DNA of 39,875 nucleotides from Fonticula alba ATCC 38817. Lineage: Eukaryota > Protista > Nucleariida. The notes below the pieces were generated by a model. The model saw nothing but the letters and a program-made list of their open reading frames with translations, ran no database searches and was not told the origin of the DNA. The position numbers and the translations under genes are program-made. Every line of letters begins with the position of its first letter. Position 1 is the stretch's first letter. The stretch lies in NCBI GenBank assembly GCA_000388065.2, contig KB932202.1. One strand, given 5' to 3'. Shown piece after piece: positions 25,007 to 33,716 of the stretch.

Positions 25007-25940
25007 NNNNNNNNNNNNNNNNNNNNNNNNNNNNNNNNNNNNNNNNNNNNNNNNNNNNNNNNNNNNNNNNNNNNNNNNNNNNNNNNNNNNNNNNNNNNNN
25101 NNNNNNNNNNNNNNNNNNNNNNNNNNNNNNNNNNNNNNNNNNNNNNNNNNNNNNNNNNNNNNNNNNNNNNNNNNNNNNNNNNNNNNNNNNNNNNNNNNNN
25201 NNNNNNNNNNNNNNNNNNNNNNNNNNNNNNNNNNNNNNNNNNNNNNNNNNNNNNNNNNNNNNNNNNNNNNNNNNNNNNNNNNNNNNNNNNNNNNNNNNNN
25301 NNNNNNNNNNNNNNNNNNNNNNNNNNNNNNNNNNNNNNNNNNNNNNNNNNNNNNNNNNNNNNNNNNNNNNNNNNNNNNNNNNNNNNNNNNNNNNNNNNNN
25401 NNNNNNNNNNNNNNNNNNNNNNNNNNNNNNNNNNNNNNNNNNNNNNNNNNNNNNNNNNNNNNNNNNNNNNNNNNNNNNNNNNNNNNNNNNNNNNNNNNNN
25501 NNNNNNNNNNNNNNNNNNNNNNNNNNNNNNNNNNNNNNNNNNNNNNNNNNNNNNNNNNNNNNNNNNNNNNNNNNNNNNNNNNNNNNNNNNNNNNNNNNNN
25601 NNNNNNNNNNNNNNNNNNNNNNNNNNNNNNNNNNNNNNNNNNNNNNNNNNNNNNNNNNNNNNNNNNNNNNNNNNNNNNNNNNNNNNNNNNNNNNNNNNNN
25701 NNNNNNNNNNNNNNNNNNNNNNNNNNNNNNNNNNNNNNNNNNNNNNNNNNNNNNNNNNNNNNNNNNNNNNNNNNNNNNNNNNNNNNNNNNNNNNNNNNNN
25801 NNNNNNNNNNNNNNNNNNNNNNNNNNNNNNNNNNNNNNNNNNNNNNNNNNNNNNNNNNNNNNNNNNNNNNNNNNNNNNNNNNNNNNNNNNNNNNNNNNNN
25901 NNNNNNNNNNNNNNNNNNNNNNNNNNNNNNNNNNNNNNNN
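25007..25940. other. Assembly gap (934 N) between divergent NOP53 and GRX
   Basis: Run of N. Confidence 1.
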
Positions 25941-26060
25941 CCCGGCCCGGCCCGGCCCGGTCCCCCTCCTCCCCCATCCAGGTCCCCGTCCCGGTCCCCA
26001 TCCCCGCCCCCGCCCCCGCCCCCGGCTCCCCCGCTCCCCCGTCCGCCCCGCCGCCTTGAT

Positions 26061-27718
26061 ATGCGCTTTCTGAACTGGCGGATTCTGGCGCCGGTGGCCG
26101 TGGCCGGGACTATTTCAGTGGCTGTCCTGTGCGCCGGGCGTTTTGGCAGCGTCCCAGCAACCACCCAGCCCGCTGTTTTCTCCCCCACCCCCACTACACC
26201 TTCGTCCTTTGCAACCATGGCCTCCGCCGCTGCCCGCTCGCTCATCTCCCGCCAGGTGAACCTCTGGCCGCACTCGGCCCCGATTGTGGTCGTCAGCAAG
26301 ACCTACTGCCCGTGCGTTGTGTGCCCGTCCTTGTGATGTCTTCTCCGCTGTCGGCTTGCCAGCGCCCCCGGGAGCCGGTGTTGCCACATGCTACTATGCG
26401 GCCCCTCCCCCTCCGAATGTCCATCTGACTGGCTACCTCCCCCCTGTCTCTCTTCTCAACACACACACCCACACACACACACACACGCACACACGCACAG
26501 CTACTGCGTCGCCGCCATCAAGCTGCTGAACGATCTTGGCAAGAAGGCCAACACCAAGCCCGTCATCCACCAGATTGACCTTGATGGTACGTCATCGTCA
26601 TGCTCGTCTCTCCTCCCGCCTGGGCGCCCCCCCCCCCCCTTAGGGCGCTCACTCGTCGTGCGGGGGCCGAGGGCCAGACTGCCACCGCGCCGCACCCGCC
26701 GTCGGCCATTGCTAACTGCCATCCGCTCGGTGCTCATGGTGCCCGTCGCTCAGGCCACAGCTCCATCATCCAGGACACCATGGCCTCGGACCTGACCAAC
26801 GGCCACCGCACTGTGCCCATGGTCTTCATCGGCACCAAGTTTGTCGGCGGCAACTCCGACATCCAGGACCTGCACAAGAAGGGCAAGCTCCTGCCGCTGA
26901 TCGAGGCCGCGGTCGCTGCTCAGCCCCCCGGGCGGTCGAGTGCCTTTCCGGCGGTCACCCCCGCCGCGCCCCCGGTCGAGGCCCTCGTCGAGAAGGTGAA
27001 GGACTGGCCGGCCGCCGGCGGCGTTGTCGCCGTGACTAAGTCCTTCTGCCCGTGCGTCCGCGCCCTCCCCCCTCCTGCCCTGTTTTTGTCCGCGCGTCGG
27101 TTGGGCCAGGGGGGGCAGCGCCATTCTGTCTTTGCGTGGCGCGCTTCCTCCCGCCTCCTTCGTCCGACTAACCTGTAAGCCTCCCCCCTTTCTCTCTCTC
27201 TCTCCCTCTCTCTTCTCCTCCATGACTTGCCCCTGCCATTGTCTCGGTGCCCATGATACTTGCCACGCGACTATGCACACAGTTACTCGCTGAACGCCAA
27301 GGAGCTTCTCCGTGACAGCGGCGCTCGGCCGGTCATTTACGAGATCGACTTCGAGGGTGCGCGCGCCGCTGCCGCTGTTCCTGCTGTTCCTGCTGTTCCC
27401 GTGGCCAACTTCGCCCCGCGTCCTTGTACTGATCGCCCCCGCCCGGGTCTTCCCCCGCCCCCTCTCCGCCCCGTGGCCCTGTCCTCTGCTCGGCGTCTCT
27501 GCTTTCGTCCTCCTCCTCCTCCTCCAACAGAGGAGGAGGCCGGCCTGCAGGACGCCCTCGCTGCTTCGGTGACCAACGGCCACCGGACCGTGCCCATGAT
27601 CTTCATCGGCGGCAAGTTCATCGGCGGCTACTCCGACCTGAGCAAGCTCAACGAGTCCGGCGAGCTCCGCAACATGGTGGCCGCCGCCCAGCCCCCCTCG
27701 TCCTGCACCTCCCTGTAA
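26061..27718 (+). CDS. GRX: Tandem two-domain glutaredoxin (CPYC + CPYS), ~298 aa, 5 exons
   Basis: Exons 26061-26311, 26501-26586, 26754-27051, 27283-27356, 27531-27718. Splicing reconstitutes SKTYCPYC and TKSFCPYS, each followed by TVPMxFIG (cis-Pro loop) and GGxSD. A second in-frame ATG lies at 26217. The frame stays open upstream into the N-gap, so the true start is uncertain. Confidence 0.95.
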
Positions 27719-27954
27719 AGGGCAAGATGCCCCCTTCGAATGTGCTGGCCCGGGCCTCGTTTCTTTTTGCCAGGCACATGCCACGCGCATGAGCCATGGA
27801 AACCAAGCGGGGAGATCACCCCATCCCTCTCTCTCTCTCTCTCTGCCTCTCCGGAGCACGGAGAGGTGGGCAGGTGTCATTCGTATGACACTCCCCCCCC
27901 CCCCCCACACACACACACGCTCCGGTGGTTCAATCCACCGGATAGAAAGACAGA

Positions 27955-27960
27955 AATAAA
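27955..27960 (+). promoter_or_regulatory. Candidate AATAAA polyadenylation signal for the glutaredoxin gene
   Basis: AATAAA ~240 nt after the stop codon at 27718 in an otherwise GC-rich spacer; function is inferred only. Confidence 0.35.
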
Positions 27961-28380
27961 TAATGCAGGCGCCGGGCTGCGCCTGAGAGACCACCACTTT
28001 TGTCCCCCCCCCTCCTCTCGAAGGAGGGACGAGCTCTGGTGTCGGGGGAAGGGGGAGCTGCCGCTATGTGGCCAGGCTGGCCCTGTGCGTGGGCACCTCC
28101 ACCCGGGCCGGTGCGTGGGACAGTCGTGGCGGGTCCTTCGCGACGGGGCGGGGGGAGACGGGTGCTTTGTTCGAGGGCCGATCGCGCGCGCCCTCTCCCG
28201 GGGTGTGTGTGTGTGCGTGTCGGCCAGGGGCATCCTTCGGCCCCCGGGGCAACGCCCGGCACTTTGGGCCCGCTCGCCAGCCCCCTCGCCGATTCCTTCC
28301 GCCTTCTTTGCCCCTTTTGCGCGTTGCCTCCCCCCCCCCCCCCTCCGCGCCTTGCTTCGCCCTCGAGCCGCCTGGGAGAG

Positions 28381-30585
28381 ATGTCCGCCTCGGCCTCATA
28401 TCCGCTGGCATCCTCCTCGTCAAGCTCGCTCTTCTCCCTGCTCGACGGGAGCAACATCCTGGTGCCGGTCCGGTCGAATGCCTGTTGCACCCTGCTGGAG
28501 AGCCATACCTTGCACATTCGAACGTCCTTCCAACGGGCGGTCCAGTGCCTGGTCCCGACGGCCCTGCGCATCCATGATGTCTTCGCCCATGTGGCGGTTT
28601 ACTTTGCCTCCGAGGGCGAGGAGGACTGGGTGCGTCGGTGTGCCTTTCCTGTGGCACCTCTCCCTCGACTGACCTTCCCTCGCCCTGTGTCTCCCCTCTC
28701 GTGCCATAGACCTACTCCAAGATTGCCGGCCCTGCCTTCCTGATCGAGTGGTGCGTATGCCTTGCCTTGGCCTTCCTCCGTCGGGCAGTCACAGGCGCGC
28801 CTTTTCACGCGTCTACACACACACACGCACACGCACACGCACACGCACACGCACACGCACACGCACACGCACACGCACACGCACATACTCATGCACGCAC
28901 AAACTCCCGATCGGACATCATGCAGCAAGTCACGCCAGCGCTGTTTGCTGGTCCTCAACCGTCGGGAGAACCACTGTGCGGTATTTACCTTCCCCCCGGC
29001 GCGAGGGTACTCGCCCGTGGCCTTCGCCCGGGCCAAGTCCAAGGCCGTGGTCAAGAAGCCGATCTTTTCCCAGCTCCAAGTGCACGAGGAGCTGTTTGCC
29101 AGCCTGCGTGCCGACTTGCTGGCCCTTCCCCCGCCGCAGCTGGTCCCATTCGACTATTCGTCCATCGGCCAGGCGTCCTCGCACCGGGTGCCCCCACGGC
29201 ACAGCAACCCCTCCGTGCGGACGGCACGCACCCGCAAATCCACCTCGCGCAATTCCCCGGCCGACTTCCTCCCGCCGCTGCTCCAGGCCAATGACCCCTG
29301 TGGTGGCGCCTGCAAGTGTGGCGTGGGGCTCTTCCCGCCGGTGTCTCCGGAGTCCGAGGGCACGGCCGAGGCCGACTCTGGCTCCCCCTCGCCCGGGCCG
29401 CAGGCCGGCATGGTGGCGGGGATCTGCGCCCGGAATGGGCCGGTCCTGACCCCGAGTCGCAGCCGGCTGCTCATGTTTGCCGCCCCGCCGAAGGGGGTCA
29501 CCTTCAACACCGAGTCCACTGTCGGTGCGTGGGCGTCCCACGGCGGGGGCCTCAGCCGGCCGGTGGCTGTCATTTGCCCCCCCCCCCCCCCCCGGTGTTT
29601 ACTTATGCGCTGACCATCCCTTTTCCATCTCCTCTCCCTCCGCTTCCTCCGCTCCCTCCGCTCCCTCTCCCCACTCGTAGCGGGCACCCCTCGGTCCTTC
29701 CCCGATGCATATGCCCTGTGGACCCCCTTCGCGCATGATGTCCATCGACTGCACCTGGCCCTGGCGTGTCTGCACTACGCCACGCCCCTGCAGCCGTACC
29801 ACGCATTCTTCTCGTGCCCCAAGCCGTGTGGGCGCTTCCCCCATGATGGCACGGTTGAGACCATCGAGCCGGCCCCCTTTGCCGATGCGACGGCCTACGA
29901 CCGGGAGGTGGAGGAGTTCATCCGCGCGGCCGGGGACTTCCTCTCGTCCGACGAGCTGGAGGCCGCTTGCGCGCAGCGCTCCTTGACCAAGGCCGCGGCG
30001 GCGGCCAGCCAGCGCATGCAATATTGGACCAGCCAACTGTCGCCCTTCCTGGCCAGCCACCAGACGGGCCAGGCCCCGGCATCGCAGGTGACCCCGGCCG
30101 CCGGGGTGTCGCCCTCCCCCTCGCAAGGGCAGCTGGTGCATATCCCCAGCGTGACGGCGGCCCTGGTGGCGGCACAGCATCAGGCACAGCGGGCGGCTGC
30201 CCGTCGGTCCGGGTCCGGGCCCGGTCCGGGTGACGCTTCGGGCCCCGGCGTGCCGTCCACCGTTCCGCCGGGCGACGAGCCATCCTCGGAGGAGGCCCTG
30301 CTGGATATGCCCGGCCGGGTGCCGACCAAGGGCCGTGACGCTGACAGTCGGCTCATCTCCCCGCGGCAGTCTGTGACATATCGGCCGTCCAGCCGGCATC
30401 CCGGTCCTGGAGCCGGCGCCACCGCCGCCGCTGGAGGGGGTTTGCAGCAGCCTCGCAAGCATGCCAAGCCCAAGAAGAAGAAGCAGACGAAGGACGCCCC
30501 GCCCGCTGGAGTTGCGGCCGGGGCCGGAGCCGCGGCCCCCCGGAAGAAGCCCCACAAGTCCGGTGGCCGGCCATCGTCCGAGTAA
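28381..30585 (+). CDS. DCP1: mRNA decapping activator DCP1-like EVH1 protein with large insertion, ~597 aa, 4 exons
   Basis: Exons 28381-28629, 28710-28750, 28926-29524, 29681-30585. The segment AVQCLVPTALRIHDVFAHVAVYFASEGEEDWTYSKIAGPAFLIEC...LLVLNRR aligns with near-identical spacing to DCP1 ALKQHDPYITSIADLTGQVALYTFCPKANQWEKTDIEGTLF...TIVNRL (recalled human DCP1A). The later AYALWTPFAHDVHRL matches IYSIWFYDKNDCHRI. The tail is Lys-rich. Confidence 0.8.
28815..28885. repeat. (CACACG)n hexamer repeat in DCP1 intron 2
   Basis: cacacgcacacgcacacg... tandem array. Confidence 0.9.
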
Positions 30586-30854
30586 ATCGCCCCACTGTGA
30601 CCTGTGGGGGGAGGGCGTGTGCATGCTGCTTGTGCGTCTGCCCGCGTCCCCTCGACATGTGCTCCACAATATAGAACGGATGCGTCGTGTGTGTATGTGT
30701 ATGTGTGTGTGTGTGTGTATGTGTATGTGTGCGTGCGTGCGTGCTTGCGTGCGTATATGTGCGCCTTCGTGTGCGCCCGTCGTTCTGTGCACTCTTCGGC
30801 ACACACACGCTCCCTCATCTCGAGCTTGCGGTCCAAGTGGAATGCGCACCGCTG

Positions 30855-30915
30855 GGGCAGGATGGGCAGGCGGGATGGGCAGGCGGGATGGGCAGGCGGG
30901 ATGGGCAGGCGGGTG
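30855..30915. repeat. 13-nt minisatellite (GGGCAGGCGGGAT), ~4 copies plus a partial copy
   Basis: gggcaggat, then gggcaggcgggat x3, then gggcaggcgggt. Confidence 0.9.
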
Positions 30916-31183
30916 GTGGGTGTGGGGCCCGGTTCTCGGCGCGCGCGGCCTTCCTGCCGCGGTGTCCGGTGCCCGGGTGTCCGGGAGCAATGCCGCCAGG
31001 CGTCGATCGATATGCACATGCCAACGGATGCAGTCCGGTTACTTGCCCTTATGTGGGACCTCCCCGGGTTCGACGCGCGCCCGGGGGCGGTGGGTGCCAA
31101 AAGCGCGGCCAACGCCGATCTCCCCCCTCTCTCCCTGTCCTTGCTCGAGATTTTCCCCCCTGTCCTCCTCCGCTGACCCCCCG

Positions 31184-31244
<61 letters not shown>

Positions 31245-31298
31245 CCTCCCTCCCTCCCCCCTCTCTCTCTCACTCTGCCTCTCTCCACACCACAAAGA

Positions 31299-31330
<32 letters not shown>
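31184..31330. repeat. (CT)n tract followed by (CAG)9 upstream of the bZIP-like gene
   Basis: (ct)n at 31184-31240; (cag)9 at 31304-31330 followed by TAA. Confidence 0.9.
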
Positions 31331-31333
<3 letters not shown>

Positions 31334-31382
31334 GACCAAACACTCCCTCCCCTTTGTTCCTCCCCGGCCCGTGCCCGCTCGC

Positions 31383-32307
31383 ATGCGCAGCATGACACAG
31401 GCAAACCTCCCGTTTGTGCCGACGGCGGCGGTCGCCACACCGGCCATCCCCTCGCAGACTTTTTATTTTGCCTCGCTGGCGCAGGCATTGGCCGGCCGGG
31501 CCTCCCCGCGCGGATCGCCCGGGCGTCCGGCCGAAGATGCTCCCCTGCAGAGTGTCCTGCCGCGGTTGTTCCAGACGGCCAGCCGTCCGAGCGCGACGGG
31601 GGACAATTTCGGCCCGGTTTTGGAGCCAACCGAGGGCACCCTCGGCATGGATGATGACCAGGCCATGAGCACCTTTCAGCATGCGGCATCCGAACCGTGG
31701 CCCTGGCTGCGGCATTCATTGCCGGCGCTCCAGTCGTCGGCCGCCTGCCCGGTGAGCTCGGACGACTCGGCCGGCGGCAGTGGGGCCGCGCCCCTCGCGC
31801 CGCGGGTGACCGTCCGCGATCTGCGGGTCAAGAATCTCCTCATGCAGCGCATCGCCTCGACCAAGCGCCAGCGCGCGCGTGAGCAGCACCGTGCGCGCCG
31901 TGCCATGGCACCATGCCCCTTTCCGCCCCTCTGCTCGGCCTGCCCCCATTGCTTCCACCATCGCTGACATGCCCGGATGCGCCTCCCCCCCCCCCTTCCC
32001 CCCCCCGGCTGGCTACTCCCCGGGCGATTGCAAAACAGGCGAGCACCTCCAGGCTCGGCGACACACCGTGTCCGCCCTGCGACAGCAGCTGAGTGTGGTG
32101 GTCGCGCGGCGCCAGCTCCAGGCGCACATCCGTGCTGTGGAGGTGGCCCTCGAGGCGCAGAACGACCAAAAGGTCATGCTCTTCTCGCTCATGACCCCGG
32201 TTCTGGCGGCCGAGTCCCGAACAGCCGAGGAGACCGCCCCTCCGGGAGAGGGCGTCCCTCTGCCGCCCGCGGGCCCGACAGACGCCGCTCCCTCGGCCCG
32301 GAGTTGA
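31383..32307 (+). CDS. Hypothetical protein with degenerate bZIP-like basic/coiled-coil region, ~258 aa, 2 exons
   Basis: Exons 31383-31890 and 32039-32307, with a GTGCGC donor, CAG acceptor and phase-1 join. The join gives MQRIASTKRQRAREQHREHLQARRHTVSALRQQL. The bZIP assignment is weak. Confidence 0.65.
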
Positions 32308-32419
32308 GGGGTGAGGCGTGGGGAAAAAAAAAATAGAAACAAAACAAAGGTGCTGAGCTCTATTGGTGCTGTTCTCGCGTAGGGCCGCGAGGGGCCCAGG
32401 GACAATCGAGGGGTGTCCC

Positions 32420-32632
32420 TCATGCCTCGTCCATTTTCCAGGACATATAGAGGCGCAGGTTGTCCAAGGAGAGCACTCGCCCGGAGGCCCGCAGCGACTG
32501 CAGCACCTTGACAATCTGCACGTGCGCGCGTACAGCGGCATCCGGGTCGGGCGGAGAGGCCAGTCAGTCACATGAGCCGCGCGGAAGGGGGCCGGTTGGG
32601 GGAAGGCAGGAGCAGGCGCAGGCGCAGGCGCA

Positions 32633-32676
<44 letters not shown>

Positions 32677-33681
32677 GGAAGGATGGGCACCACGTGCGTG
32701 CGGGCATTGCAACGTACATCGCTCAGGGCAAACTCCGCCGCGTGACGGATATCCGGCGCGGTGCGCAACTGGCGCACGGTGTGGCAGAAGGCTATCCGGA
32801 AGAGGGACACCAGCACCTCGAAGGCCAGGGTGGAGGACTGCCGGGCGATGACCTCGCGCTCGGTCAGCAGGCTGGCCGCGCGGAAGTGGAGCTCCGGCAT
32901 GTCCTCGGCGTGCTGGTCCTCCAGGCTCGGGCAAGACCCCGTCCGGGGGAGCGACTGGCCGATCATCCGCCCGCTGGGACCGGGCCGTTGGGCGCGAGTG
33001 GAGAAGGTGGTCGGGCTGGTGACCACGCTCCAGAGGGGCGACGTGCTGAGGGTGTGGGTGAGCAGCTCGAACAGCTCGGCCCGACCTGGGGGGCCCACCG
33101 GGGCCGGAGCGCCAGCTCGCCCGGGGGGAGGCTGCGGCGCGCTGGGGTCTGAGTGGAGGACGATCGTCAAAAGGGCAGGGCATAGGGCAACAGGGAGCCG
33201 GTAGGCGGGGGGGGGGAGTGTGAGCCAGGAGTACCGCGAAGGGGAGGGAAGAGGGAAGGCGGAGGGGGGGGGGGGAGAGAGAGAGAGAGGAAGAGAGACA
33301 CAGAGACACAGAGAGGGAGAGAGGGAGAGGCGTGCCCCCTTGTTGGGGGACGGACGAGAAAGAAAAACGCACGATATCCAAGAGCATGGAGCAGGCACTC
33401 AGCCACAACGGCCCCTGCCGAGGCCCAGTAGTACTGGCGCCCATCACGGCTGCGGACATTATGCAAGGCGGTGGCGATGGCCTGCGAGGTGGCCGCGTCG
33501 CAGGAGGCCAAGCTGGCCAGCAGCTGCGCCGAGAACACACTCAGGGACGAGATGTTCTCCTGCAAGGCCAAGGGCAGGATGGATGGCGGGGCGAGGGGGG
33601 CCGACAGGCATGTCGTATTTTTTTTTGCGGACATGTGCGTGCATGTATGAATGTGTAAGCGTTAGTATATACATGCATGCA

Positions 33682-33716
<35 letters not shown>

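Noticed and set aside
27921-27942. tRNA gene suggested by GGTTCAATCC
   Set aside because: The loop is 6 nt, and upstream is a poly-C/CA tract with no acceptor, D or anticodon arms.
27719-27960. SECIS or iron-responsive element in the GRX 3' region
   Set aside because: There is no in-frame TGA in the gene, no AUGA/GA quartet geometry and no CAGUGN loop.
30855-30915. CRISPR-like array or telomeric repeat
   Set aside because: It is a direct tandem repeat without spacers in a eukaryotic context, is internal, and is not TTAGGG-like.
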